Assembly (NCBI GenBank): GCA_963740745.1
Contig: CAVUFK010000009.1
Span: 184,263-248,262, forward strand
DNA: 64,000 nucleotides
Direction of reading: 5' to 3'
DNA from: an uncultured Actinomycetota bacterium
Lineage (GTDB): Bacteria > Actinomycetota > Actinomycetes > Propionibacteriales > Nocardioidaceae
Shown piece by piece: positions 36,123 through 45,954 of this stretch. Position 1 is the stretch's first letter; each line of letters starts with the position of its first letter. Below the pieces are notes generated by a model. That model made no database searches, was not told the DNA's origin, and worked only from the letters and a program-made list of their open reading frames with translations. Made by a program: the position numbers and the translations under genes.

Positions 36123-36512
36123 ATGAACCTCCAACCCCGCGTCCTGGGCGTCGTGGTCTCGGACATGGCCGCCTCGCTCGCCTTCTACCGCCGGCTCGGC
36201 CTGCGCGTCCCCGACGGCGCCGACGCCGAGCCGCACGTAGAGATCGACCTCGGGTCGGGCCTGCGCCTGGCCCTCGACACCGAGGACACGATCCGCTCCT
36301 TCGATCCCGGGTGGACCCGGTCGGGCGGCGGTGCGGCGACCAGCCTCGCCTTCGGGTGCGACGATCCGGCCGAGGTCGACACGGCGTACGCCGACCTCGT
36401 CGCGAGCGGCGCCGTGGGCCACCTGCCGCCGTGGGACGCCGTCTGGGGGATGCGCTACGCCGTCCTGCACGACCCCGACGGCAACGGGATCGACCTGTTC
36501 GCCACGCTCTGA
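36123..36512 (+). CDS. VOC/glyoxalase family protein
   Basis: VSDMAASLAFYRRLG, PWDAVWG.RYA...DPDGN.IDLFA. Confidence 0.92.
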   Translation: MNLQPRVLGVVVSDMAASLAFYRRLGLRVPDGADAEPHVEIDLGSGLRLALDTEDTIRSFDPGWTRSGGGAATSLAFGCDDPAEVDTAYADLVASGAVGHLPPWDAVWGMRYAVLHDPDGNGIDLFATL

Positions 36513-36599
36513 GCACACGATCGCCCGGGACCCTCGGCGGTTACGATCAGCCCGCGCGGTGCCGCTCGGACACCGGGGCTCGACGTCGTGGAGGTCGCC

Positions 36600-39381
36600 G
36601 TGACCCGTCTCAACCCGCTGGCCCTGCTGCTCGCCGCGGCCGCCGTCGGCCTGCCGTCCGTGCTCGTCCCGGGACCGGGCGCCGCTGCGGCCCCGGTCAC
36701 CCGGACGGCGGCCGGACCCGTCGCTGCTGCGGCAGCCCCCGAGACCGCCCCCGCGGCGATCCGTGGTCGGTGGCGGGTCGAGCCGTCGGGACCCACGACG
36801 TACGCCGTGTCGTGGCGTTCACCCTCGCGCCTCCCGGTCGGCTCCGACCGGCCCACCGTGGTCGCGGCCTCCGGCAGCGCCGACGACCTGACCGTCGGAC
36901 CGCCGACCGTGTCCTCCGACGGCCGAACCGTCGAGGCGCTCGTGCGCTCGACCGCGCCGTTGCGCGCCCGGGACCTCGACGTCGTGCTCTCGGGGGACCG
37001 GCTCGACGAGCCCGGTGACGACCGGGTCGCCGGGTCCGCGGCGGCGCCGGCCCGGCGACCCCAGGCCGCCCCGCAGCGGGTCGCCGGTCTCGCTGTCGAC
37101 CCCGGCGTCCCGGGGCCTCTCGAGGTCTCGACGAGCAGCTACCGCCTCGACTCCGTCGCGCTGCCGGGCATCAAGGAGCCGATCGAGATGGTCGGCCACA
37201 TCGTCGAGCCGGCGCCCGGGCAGCTGAGCGAGGATGCGCCGCTCGTGCTGTTCCAGCACGGCCGGCACAGCGTCTGCTACGACCCGGACAGGCCGCGCGC
37301 CTACAGCGACGAGTGGCCCTGCCGGGCGCCGTTCCGCGAGATCCCCAGCCAGCTCGGCTACGACTACGTCCAGCGCCTGCTGGCCAGCCAGGGCTTCGTG
37401 ACCGTCTCGATCCGGGTCAACGGCATCAACGCCCAGGACTACCGGATCCCCGACGCCGGGGCCGGTGCACGCGCGGCGATCATCGAGCGCCACCTCGACT
37501 TCTGGACCCGGATCGCCGCCAAGCACCAGGTCGACCTCCAGCAGGTCGTGCTGGTCGGGCACAGCCGCGGCGGCGAGGGTGTCGACCGCGCCTCGATCGA
37601 CATCCCGCTCTCCGCGCCCTACCGCATCGCGGGCCAGGTGCTGATCGCGCCGACCGACTTCGCCTCGCAGACCGCGCCGTACGTCCCGACCGTGACGCTG
37701 CTGCCCTACTGCGACGGCGACGTCTTCGACCTCCAGGGACAGAAGTTCACCGACGTCTCCCGCGACCTCGCCGCCGACGACACCTCGCTGAAGAGCTCGG
37801 TGCTGATCGGGGGCGCCAACCACAACTTCTTCAACACCGAGTGGACGCCCGGCGTCGCCGTGGCGCCCGCCGACGACGACTGGTTCGGGGAGACCGACAA
37901 GGCCTGCGGCACCGACGACCCCGCCCGGCTCAGCGACGGCGAGCAGCGCGACGTCGGCGCGACCTACGTCGCCGGCGCCGTGCGGCTGTTCACCGGCGAG
38001 CGGCGCCTGCTGCCGATGTACGACGGCTCGAGCGTCGACCTGCCCTCCGATCGGTCGCGCCATGGTGCTCAGCCACGCGATCGGTGGCGGCCGCGAGCTG
38101 CGGCGCCCGCGCAGCGGGACCGCGCTGTCGCTCCCGGTGGGGGCGAGGACGTCCTTCTGCCGCGGCGTGGCGGCGTACAGCACCGAGCTCGGAGCGTGCG
38201 GCCAGAGCCTCAGGTTCCAGGTGGCGCCGCACTGGGTCTCGTCCTACGAGGACACCCCGTCGCGCCCGTTCTTCCAGATGACCTGGGACGCCACCGGCCA
38301 ACGGGGCGGGATGCTGCTCGACGACCCGCTCGACCTGAGCGCCGGGCGCCTCGAGCTGCGCACGCTCGTCGACCCGCGGGTGGGCTCGGTCGAGCTCGGC
38401 GTGCGCCTCGTCGACGCCGACGGAGCGGCCGTCACGGTGACCCCCGAGGAAGGCGGCCGCCTGCCGGCCCTCCCAGCGGGGTACGCCAAGATCTGGGCTC
38501 AGAGCCTGATCGTCGACGCCGGCGAGCTCGCGGGCACGACCGACGTCGACCTGAGCCGGATCACGGAGGTCGACCTGGTCTCGCGCAACGACACCGGACG
38601 GATCTGGGTCGCCGACCTCGCCGCGGCACCGGCCTCGCTGGCGCGGGTGCCTCAGCGGCGCGGTCCGCTCCTCGACCTCGGATCGGTCGAGGTCACCGAG
38701 GGTGACGGGCCGGGCACCGCCTCGGCGGACATCCCGTTCACGGTGACCGGTCTCGACCGACCGGCCTCCGTGGTCGTCGCGCTCGCCGGCTCGGGCCGCC
38801 GCGAGAGCGCGATCCTCGATCTCGCCCCAGGTCAGACCTCGGGCTCGATCCCCGTCTCCTACCAGCCCGACGACCTCGACACCCAGCCTGCCGTACGACG
38901 GACGTCCGTGCGGGCCTACCCGGTCACCGGCGTGATGACCGACTCCTACATCGGCTCCAGCCGCGTCGTCGACGACGACCCGACACCGCGGGTGCGGATC
39001 ACCCCGGCACGACGCACGGTGCGCGAGGGCGGGTCGGCGCGGCTCAAGATCCATCTCGGATCCCCGGTCGGCTACGCGTTCGGGGTGCAGGCGCGCGCGG
39101 TCGGTGGCCCACGGCCCGACCTCAGGCTGAGCGACCTGCCGCGAGACTTCCGTCGTGAGCACTTCCTGCCGCTCGAGGGCGACCGGCGCCTCGCAGCGCT
39201 GAGGGCCTACCTCGGCGACGCCGTCATCCGCCGCGGACGGCAGGACGCCACCATCGCGGTGCCCATCCGCGACGACCGCAGCCGCGAGCGCCGCGAGGCG
39301 CTCACGATCCAGGTGGTCTACCGCGACGACGACGGGACCCGGAAGGTGCGACGCACCGTGTACGTCGCCCGCTCGGACTGA
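36600..39381 (+). CDS. Large secreted alpha/beta hydrolase with C-terminal Ig/Calx-beta-like domains (frameshift near 38048)
   Basis: Signal peptide; LFQHGRH, nucleophile GHSRGG, CDGDV, GANHNFFNT. An extra C in 'ccctccgatc' joins ORF 36588 to ORF 38062; V.EGD and DDD motifs follow. Confidence 0.75.
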
Positions 39382-39409
39382 GTCCGCGGCTCAGCCGGGC
39401 GGGGGGCTG

Positions 39410-39925
39410 CTAGCCGAGCGAGACCAGCGCCCACACGCCGTCGTAGCGCGCCATCACCAGGACGCCGTCGACCGGCACCGAACGTCCCGGCACGTCGAAC
39501 ACCGCGGCGTAGCCGACCACGGCGACCTGGTCGGAGCCCGGTGGGAGCACCTGGTCCGGGGGGTCGGTCGCGACGTCGGTGACGTCGAAGCCGGTCAGCT
39601 CCATGTCAGGACCGCTGCGCTCGCAGACGTCGACCTTGGCCCGGCGCTGGGGCCGGACGGGCGGGTCGTAGTGGTAGAGGTCGGCGAACCGGGGGCAGTC
39701 GCGGGCCTTGAACGCGCTGGCATAGGCGTTCGCCAGCTGCTCCTCGGGTCCGCCGTTGCGCACGGTCTGCACGAGTCCGGCGACGAGCAGGGCCGCGAGG
39801 CCCAGCGAGATCAGCAGTCGGGGGCTGCGCCGCACGAAGGCGACCAGCGAGGCCAGCGCCCGGTTCGGCGGTCGGTCGTGGCCAGGGGAGGAGAGGACCT
39901 CGGTCTGCGAGCCCGGGTCGGTCAT
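39410..39925 (-). CDS. Hypothetical single-pass membrane protein
   Basis: One TM segment (LLISLGLAALLVAGLV), then a small extracellular alpha/beta domain with two Cys. Confidence 0.6.
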   Translation of the reverse strand: MTDPGSQTEVLSSPGHDRPPNRALASLVAFVRRSPRLLISLGLAALLVAGLVQTVRNGGPEEQLANAYASAFKARDCPRFADLYHYDPPVRPQRRAKVDVCERSGPDMELTGFDVTDVATDPPDQVLPPGSDQVAVVGYAAVFDVPGRSVPVDGVLVMARYDGVWALVSLG

Positions 39926-39932
39926 CGGCGGG

Positions 39933-40472
39933 TCATCGGTCCGGCAGGACGAGCGCCCACACCCGCGGCCACCCGACCGTGGTGAGCCAGGACAGGGCGA
40001 GCACCCGCCCGCGGGCAGGGTCGTAGGCGAGCACCTCGTCGGTCCTCGGGTCGATCTCGACGGCCAGCATCACGTGGCGGGGCAGGACCCGACTGCCGAC
40101 GTAGACCGGCACCGGAAGACCCGCGGCGAGCGCGCCGCGCATCGCTGCGTAGCGGTGCGGGCCCGGACGCCACCGGGTCCGCCAACCTCGTCCGGTGGTC
40201 GCCCGCAGGCGACGCACGACCGCCCACGGCGGAGTCCCGACCGCGCGGGCCCACGGGACGCCGAGCCGGCCCTGGTCGACCACCGCGGTCAGGTTGCGGT
40301 GCGTGCCGAGCACCTCGCCGTCCCAGTGCTCCGGCTCGTGCAGCCACGCGGCGTACGCCGGGTCGCGCACGGCCTGCGCGGCCACGACGCAGCAGGCGCC
40401 GCACGAGCGAGCGTCGGGTTGGAGCAGCCCGGTCAGCGGCCGTGCGTCGAGCGGGTGGGTCGGGGAGAGCAC
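39933..40472 (-). CDS. Putative papain-fold (C39-like) cysteine peptidase
   Basis: Q-x4-CG motif (QPDARSCG), then HVML and YDP, consistent with a Cys/His/Asp triad. Confidence 0.55.
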   Translation of the reverse strand: MLSPTHPLDARPLTGLLQPDARSCGACCVVAAQAVRDPAYAAWLHEPEHWDGEVLGTHRNLTAVVDQGRLGVPWARAVGTPPWAVVRRLRATTGRGWRTRWRPGPHRYAAMRGALAAGLPVPVYVGSRVLPRHVMLAVEIDPRTDEVLAYDPARGRVLALSWLTTVGWPRVWALVLPDR

Positions 40473-40501
40473 CGCCCGATGGTGCCACGGATCGAGCGTG
40501 C

Positions 40502-40536
40502 TTGCGCGACTGACTAGTTAGTCATACTGTCTAGTT
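40502..40536 (+). promoter_or_regulatory. Leaderless promoter of padR with overlapping palindromic operator
   Basis: TTGCGC-N17-TACTGT-N6-ATG; palindrome TGACTA-GT-TAGTCA at 40511-40524. Confidence 0.6.
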
Positions 40537-40881
40537 ATGCCCGAGGAGACCTGGCCCACCGAGTGGATGCGGGGCGTCCTCGCCCTGTGCGTGCTCGCGG
40601 TGGTCGCCGAGGAGGAGACCTACGGCTACGCGGTCGCGCAGCGGCTGCGCGCGTCGGGCCTGGGCGCCGTCAAGGGCGGCACCCTCTACCCGGTGCTCAC
40701 CCGGCTCGAGCAGGAGGGGCTGCTGAGCACCACCTGGCGCGAGGGGATCGGTGGGCCGGGCCGCAAATTCTTCGCCGTCACCGCGGCGGGCCGGGCCGCC
40801 CTCGCCGAGCGCACCACCGACTGGCTGACCTTCACCGAGCGGGCCCGAGACCTGCTCCCGAGCAGGAGCGTGAGCAGATGA
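40537..40881 (+). CDS. PadR family transcriptional regulator
   Basis: YGYAV...L, GTLYPVL.RLE..GL...W, GP.RKFF..T..GR. Confidence 0.94.
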   Translation: MPEETWPTEWMRGVLALCVLAVVAEEETYGYAVAQRLRASGLGAVKGGTLYPVLTRLEQEGLLSTTWREGIGGPGRKFFAVTAAGRAALAERTTDWLTFTERARDLLPSRSVSR

Positions 40882-41417
40882 GCACGACGAAGCACACCTA
40901 CGCCGACGAGCTGCTCTACGCGCTGCGGGTGCTCGACGTCCCGGGTCCCCGGATCGCGGAGGCCCTGGCCGAGGTCGACAGCCACGTCGTGGAGACCGGG
41001 GAGGACCCGCACGAGGCCTTCGGCCCTCCCCGGCAGTACGCCGCGGAGGTCGCGGCCGCGCTCGGCCGGCCCGGGACGCCGCAGGCGCGCGCCGTGGCGG
41101 GCGGCGCCCTGACCTACGGTGTCGGGTCGACCGTCGCGTCCTGGCTGCTGCTCGACGGGGCACTGTCGCTCGGGTCGGGCGAGCCCGCCCTCCTCGGGCT
41201 GCCCGGCATCGCGCTGGTGCTCCTCGGCCTGGCCGGAGGCGCGGTGCTCCTCGTCGGGATGTGGCGCCTTGCCCACGCCGACGACGTCGCGGTGAGGGAC
41301 CCGCGCGACGGCGCCGAGATGACGCCGGCCCTGCCGCGCTGGGTGGCACCGGTGATGGTCGCGCCTCCGGTCCTGCTGGTCGTCGCGGCGATCGCGGTGG
41401 CCGTCGCCAGCCGGTAG
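40878..41417 (+). CDS. HAAS-type membrane signalling protein (PadR partner)
   Basis: Y.DEL...LR..DVPG.RIAEALAEV.SH...GEDP.EAFG.P..YA, followed by 3 TM segments; ATGA overlap. Confidence 0.8.
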   Translation: MSTTKHTYADELLYALRVLDVPGPRIAEALAEVDSHVVETGEDPHEAFGPPRQYAAEVAAALGRPGTPQARAVAGGALTYGVGSTVASWLLLDGALSLGSGEPALLGLPGIALVLLGLAGGAVLLVGMWRLAHADDVAVRDPRDGAEMTPALPRWVAPVMVAPPVLLVVAAIAVAVASR

Positions 41418-41428
41418 TTTCACTGCGC

Positions 41429-42436
41429 ATGGACGTCATCGAGCACGTGCCGGACCGCGCGGACTACGTCTACACCTTCGGCGGCGTCGCTCCGGTGATG
41501 CGGGTCAGGCCCGGCTCGGTGCTGCGGCTGTGGTCCGACGACGCCTTCGGTGGGGCGCTGCGCAGCGTCGACGACGTCTCGAGCGCCAAGGTCGACCTGC
41601 GCTTCGTCAACCCGCAGACCGGGCCGTTCTACGTCGAGGGTGCCGAGCCGGGCGACACGCTGGTGCTGCACCTGGTCGACCTCGAGCCGGCCCGGGACTG
41701 GGGCGCCTCCGCGGCGATCCCGTTCTTCGGGGGCATGACCAGCACCGACCGCACGGTCTCGCTGCAGCCCGCGCTGCCCGACACGACCTGGATCTACGAG
41801 CTGGACCGCGACCGGAGGACCGTCGCCTTCGCCGCCCGCCACTCCGAGCACCGCGTCGAGCTGCCCCTCGAGCCGATGCTCGGCACCGTCGGCGTCGCGC
41901 CCGCCGGGGGAGAGGTGCGCTCCTCGCTCGTGCCGGACCGCTTCGGCGGCAACATGGACACCCCCGAGATGCGGGCGGGCTCGACGGCGTTCCTCGGCGT
42001 CAACGTCGAGGGCGCGATGTTCTCGCTGGGCGACGGCCACTACCGCCAGGGGGAGGGCGAGGCCTGCGGCACCGCGGTCGAGGGCGCGATGACCTCCACC
42101 GTGATCGTCGAGCTGGTCAAGGGCGGGGCGCCGGCCTGGCCCCGGATCGAGACCGACACCGAGGTCATGTCGATCGGCTCCAGCCGGCCGTTGGAGGACT
42201 CCTGGCGGATCGGCAACGCAGACCTCGTCGGCTGGGTCGGCGAGCTCTCCGGCCTGCACGTCATGGACGCCTACCAGCTGCTCTCGCAGGTCACGAGGGC
42301 GCCGATCGCCAACGTCGTCGACGCCAACTTCTCCGTCGCGGTCAAGGCGGCCAAGGACCTGCTGCCGCGCATCGAGGTCTATGGCGGCATCCACGCCGAC
42401 CTGCGAGCGCGTGCCCGCGCACTCGGCCCCCTCTGA
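41429..42436 (+). CDS. Acetamidase/formamidase family protein
   Basis: NPQTGPFYVEGAEPGD, PMLGTVGVAP, GGNMD, GDGH..QGEGE.CGTAVE. Confidence 0.93.
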   Translation: MDVIEHVPDRADYVYTFGGVAPVMRVRPGSVLRLWSDDAFGGALRSVDDVSSAKVDLRFVNPQTGPFYVEGAEPGDTLVLHLVDLEPARDWGASAAIPFFGGMTSTDRTVSLQPALPDTTWIYELDRDRRTVAFAARHSEHRVELPLEPMLGTVGVAPAGGEVRSSLVPDRFGGNMDTPEMRAGSTAFLGVNVEGAMFSLGDGHYRQGEGEACGTAVEGAMTSTVIVELVKGGAPAWPRIETDTEVMSIGSSRPLEDSWRIGNADLVGWVGELSGLHVMDAYQLLSQVTRAPIANVVDANFSVAVKAAKDLLPRIEVYGGIHADLRARARALGPL

Positions 42437-42464
42437 GCCCACCCACCACCGGAAGGCACCACCC

Positions 42465-43223
42465 ATGGACCTCCACCTCACCGGCACCCGCGTCCTGGTC
42501 ACCGGCGGCAGCCGCGGCATCGGCCGGGCCATCGTCGAGGCCTTCCTCGACGAGGGCGCGCACGTGGCGTTCTGCGCCCGCAACGCCGAGGAGGTGGCGG
42601 CCACCGCCGACGCGCTGGCCGCGCGCGGGACGGCGTACGGCAGCAGCGTCGACGTGGGCGACGGCGACGCTCTCGCCGCCTGGGTCGAGGAGTCGGCGAC
42701 CGCGCTCGGTGGGATCGACGTGGTGGTGGCCAACGTGAGCGCGCTGGCCATCCCCGACACCGAGGAGAGCTGGGCGGCCAGCCTCAACGTCGACCTGATG
42801 CACACGGTGCGCCTCGTGCGTGCGGCCATGCCGCACCTCGAGGGCAGCGAGGCCGCCTCGATCATCGCGATCTCGAGCGTCTCGGGTCGCGAGTCGGATT
42901 TCGCCTCGGGGCCCTACGGCACGGCGAAGACCGCGATCATCGGCTACGTCCACGGCCTCGCGATGCAGCTGGCCGACAAGGGCATCCGCGCCAACACGGT
43001 CTCGCCGGGCAACACCTACTTCGAGGGCGGGGTGTGGGCCGGCATCGAGTCCGGCGACCCGGACCTCTACCGCACCGCGGTGGAGCTCAACCCCACCGGC
43101 GCGATGGGGACGCCCGAGGAGGTCGCGTCGCCGGTGGTGTTCCTGGCCAGCACGCTGGCCTCGCGGATCAGTGGCACCAACCTGGTCGTGGACGGCGCGC
43201 TGACGCGCGGCGTCCAGCTCTGA
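42465..43223 (+). CDS. SDR family oxidoreductase
   Basis: VTGGSRGIG, YGTAK, N.VSPG, VDGA. Confidence 0.93.
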   Translation: MDLHLTGTRVLVTGGSRGIGRAIVEAFLDEGAHVAFCARNAEEVAATADALAARGTAYGSSVDVGDGDALAAWVEESATALGGIDVVVANVSALAIPDTEESWAASLNVDLMHTVRLVRAAMPHLEGSEAASIIAISSVSGRESDFASGPYGTAKTAIIGYVHGLAMQLADKGIRANTVSPGNTYFEGGVWAGIESGDPDLYRTAVELNPTGAMGTPEEVASPVVFLASTLASRISGTNLVVDGALTRGVQL

Positions 43224-43246
43224 GCCGCCTGCCTAGACTCCGCCGG

Positions 43247-44752
43247 ATGGACGCCCGCGAGTACGCCGCCAGCGACGCCACCGCCCTCGCCTCGAAGGTC
43301 GGCGCCGGCGAGGTCACCGCGACCCAGCTGCTCGCGCTGGCCCGCGAGCGCCTCGACGCGGTCAACCACCGGCTGAACGCCGTCGTGGTGCCGCTGCGCG
43401 ACGTCGCCGACGCGCGGGCCGCGGACCCCGACCTGTCGGGTCCGTTCGCCGGCGTGCCGTTCCTGATCAAGGACCTCGGGCAGGACTACGCCGGGTTCCC
43501 CACCTCGGGCGGCTGCCGCGCGCTGGCCGGCGAGGTCGCGACCGAGCACGCGCTGGTCACCCAGCGCTTCCTGGACGCCGGCCTGGTCGTGATCGGCAAG
43601 ACCAACACCCCCGAGCTCGGCTCCAAGGGCGTCACCGAGCCCGACCTGTGGGGCCCGGCGCGCAACCCCTGGAACCTCGCCCACACCCCGGGCGGGTCCT
43701 CGGGCGGGTCCGCCGCGGCCGTCGCCGCCGGGATCGTCCCGGCCGCGGGCGCCAACGACGGCGGGGGCTCGGTGCGGATCCCGGCCGCGTGCAACGGCCT
43801 GGTCGGCCTCAAGACAACCCGCGGCCTGAGCCCCTACGGCCCGCAGGCCGGGGAGCCGCTGCTGGGGATGAGCGTCGAGGGTGTCGTGTCGCGCACCGTG
43901 CGCGACAGCGCCGGGCTGCTCGACGCGCTCGCCGGACCGAACCCGGGCGCGACCTACGAGGCCGCGCGGGCCACCACGACGTACGCCGAGCAGCTCGCCG
44001 AGGCGCCGGGGACGTTGCGGATCGGCTACTCGTGGGCCTCGGCCATCAACGCCGCGCCGGACCCCGAGGCGGTCGCGGCCGTCGAGTCGACGGTGGCGCT
44101 GCTGGCCGAGCTCGGCCACCAGGTCGAGGAGGTCGCGCCGCCGCAGGACGACGAGGCGCTGGCGCGCGACTTCCTGACCATCTGGTTCGCCCGCGCGCAC
44201 GGCCAGGTCACCGAGATCAAGCGCCGCACGGGCGCCTCGGACCGGATGTTCGAGGCCGACACCCTCGCCCTCGCCGAGCTCGGCCGCGCCGCCGGTGTCG
44301 AGCCGCTGCTGGCCTCGATGGCGCGGGTCGACGAGCACGTCAGGGCGCTGGCGGGTTTCCACGAGACCTACGACCTGCTGCTGACACCGACCCTGGCGAC
44401 GCCGCCGCTCGAGGTCGGCGCCACGACGACCCCGCCGCGACTGCAGCAGGCCTCCCGGATGGTGGCGCGCACGCACGCCGGGAAGGCGCTGGCCAGGACG
44501 GGCATCCTCGACCAGCTCATCGACAAGAGCCTGTCGTGGGTGCCCTACACCCAGCTGGCCAACCTCACCGGCCGCCCCGCGATCAGTGTGCCGCTGCACT
44601 GGACCGACGCGGGCCTGCCGCTCGGCGTCCAGCTCGTCGGCCGACTGGGCGCGGACGGGCTGCTGCTGCGTCTGGCCGCCCAGCTCGAGCAGGCCAGGCC
44701 GTGGTTCGCCCGGTACGCCGACCTCGACCCGGCGCTGCCCCGGGTGGGGTAG
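43247..44752 (+). CDS. Amidase signature family enzyme
   Basis: [40 protein letters not shown]. Confidence 0.94.
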   Translation: MDAREYAASDATALASKVGAGEVTATQLLALARERLDAVNHRLNAVVVPLRDVADARAADPDLSGPFAGVPFLIKDLGQDYAGFPTSGGCRALAGEVATEHALVTQRFLDAGLVVIGKTNTPELGSKGVTEPDLWGPARNPWNLAHTPGGSSGGSAAAVAAGIVPAAGANDGGGSVRIPAACNGLVGLKTTRGLSPYGPQAGEPLLGMSVEGVVSRTVRDSAGLLDALAGPNPGATYEAARATTTYAEQLAEAPGTLRIGYSWASAINAAPDPEAVAAVESTVALLAELGHQVEEVAPPQDDEALARDFLTIWFARAHGQVTEIKRRTGASDRMFEADTLALAELGRAAGVEPLLASMARVDEHVRALAGFHETYDLLLTPTLATPPLEVGATTTPPRLQQASRMVARTHAGKALARTGILDQLIDKSLSWVPYTQLANLTGRPAISVPLHWTDAGLPLGVQLVGRLGADGLLLRLAAQLEQARPWFARYADLDPALPRVG

Positions 44753-44767
44753 CGCCACCAGCACCGC

Positions 44768-45040
44768 TCACCGCCGGGCGACCGGCACCGCGATGGTGTC
44801 GCGGTCGTAGGTCAGGGCGTGCTCGAAGGTCCGCGCCAGGTCCGGGCCGAGGCCGGCCTGGTCGCGCGGGCCGCGGAGGGCAGCGTGCCGGCACGCGCGG
44901 TCGAGGTCGGTGAGCGGGCCGGCCGAGCGCGCGGCGGCGAACATCGCAAGGAGTGGGTGCAGGGGTCCTGCCAGGCCCCGGGCGATGCCCCGTAGCCGAT
45001 GGCCGCGCCCGACACCGGGCCGGTGACGGACGGGGTGTGC
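44768..45040 (-). pseudogene. Degraded, internally deleted EAL-DICT gene remnant
   Basis: SGAAIGY(G)A/IARG..GPLH...MFAAAR.AG.L.DLDRACR.AAL (EAL N-terminus, with frameshift) fused to GPDLARTFEHALTYDRDT (DICT-like C-terminus). Confidence 0.6.
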
Positions 45041-45054
45041 AGATCGCCGCGGGG

Positions 45055-45654
45055 TCAGCCTCTGGTGAGCTCGCGGATCCGGACCAGACCCTCGTCGCCG
45101 CTCAGGGGCACGCACCCGACGGCCTCGGCGCGCGCCACGACGCGGCGTTGGTCGCGCAGGAGCGCGAGGCCGCGGCGCACGAGCACGGGCGGGGGTTTGC
45201 GGTGCTCGCGCAGGTCGCGGCTCAGGCGTCGGACGAAGGTGAGCAGGGGGTGCTGGGTCACGCAGTACGCCGCGGCGAGCAGGCTGCGCGCGCGGCACTC
45301 CTCGACGATCTCGGCGGCGAAGATCCCCTCGGCCGCGAACAGGGTGGAGCCGCGGAGGTCGAGGGCCTGGGTGCCGGTGCGGGCGCTCGTCGCGAGGTCG
45401 TAGACCGGCACCTCGGCGCGTCCGGTGGCGCACAGCCGCTCGATCACGGCGAGCGCGGCGTGGTGGTCCCAGGAGCCGGGGTGGTCCCAGTCGACGAGCC
45501 CGGCGTTCTGGCCGTGGGTGATCCGGGGGAGTCCCTCGGCGTCACCCTCCCGGTAGAGGTCGTCGAGGCGCAGCACCGGCAGTCCGCTGCGCTCGGCGAG
45601 GCGGGACTTGCCGGCCCCGGACGGGCCCGCGAGCACCACCACCTGCGCCTGCAC
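45055..45654 (-). CDS. Uridine kinase-like P-loop protein
   Basis: GPSGAGKS, LDDLYR, DWDHP.SW, VPVYD, AEGIFA, RRL.RDL. Confidence 0.82.
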   Translation of the reverse strand: MQAQVVVLAGPSGAGKSRLAERSGLPVLRLDDLYREGDAEGLPRITHGQNAGLVDWDHPGSWDHHAALAVIERLCATGRAEVPVYDLATSARTGTQALDLRGSTLFAAEGIFAAEIVEECRARSLLAAAYCVTQHPLLTFVRRLSRDLREHRKPPPVLVRRGLALLRDQRRVVARAEAVGCVPLSGDEGLVRIRELTRG

Positions 45655-45691
45655 GTGCCCATCGTCCCAGAAGCTCGACCTGGGTCTGGGG

Positions 45692-45799
45692 TCAGGCGGC
45701 CCGCTGCTCGGCCAGGTCGGCCACGATCTCGGCGCGCGCCTCGATCACCCAGGCCGCGAGCATCGCCGCGACCTCGGGGCCGTGGCCGTAGCTGGACAT
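45692..45799 (-). CDS. Small ORF, 35 aa (MSSYGHGPEVAAMLAAWVIEARAEIVADLAEQRAA)
   Basis: GGAG SD, ATG...TGA, every sense codon ends in G or C; too short for the ORF track. Confidence 0.65.
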   Translation of the reverse strand: MSSYGHGPEVAAMLAAWVIEARAEIVADLAEQRAA

Positions 45800-45919
45800 C
45801 ACTCGTTCTCCGTTCGTCGTGTCGGTCCAGGCAACGAGACTCGCTCCGAGGAGTCACGGGGGAGTCTCGGGCGGTCCAGACCGCGCCGGGTGCCCCAGGG
45901 ATCGGCTGTGGATTCGTTC

Positions 45920-45954
45920 TTGCTTTAAGAACGTGTTTTCGGTAATATCATGCC
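45920..45954 (+). promoter_or_regulatory. Leaderless promoter with SOS-box-like site in the spacer
   Basis: TTGCTT-N17-TAATAT-N6-ATG; aaGAAC-gtgt-TTTCgg at 45927-45942 resembles the actinobacterial LexA box TCGAAC-N4-GTTCGA. Confidence 0.55.
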
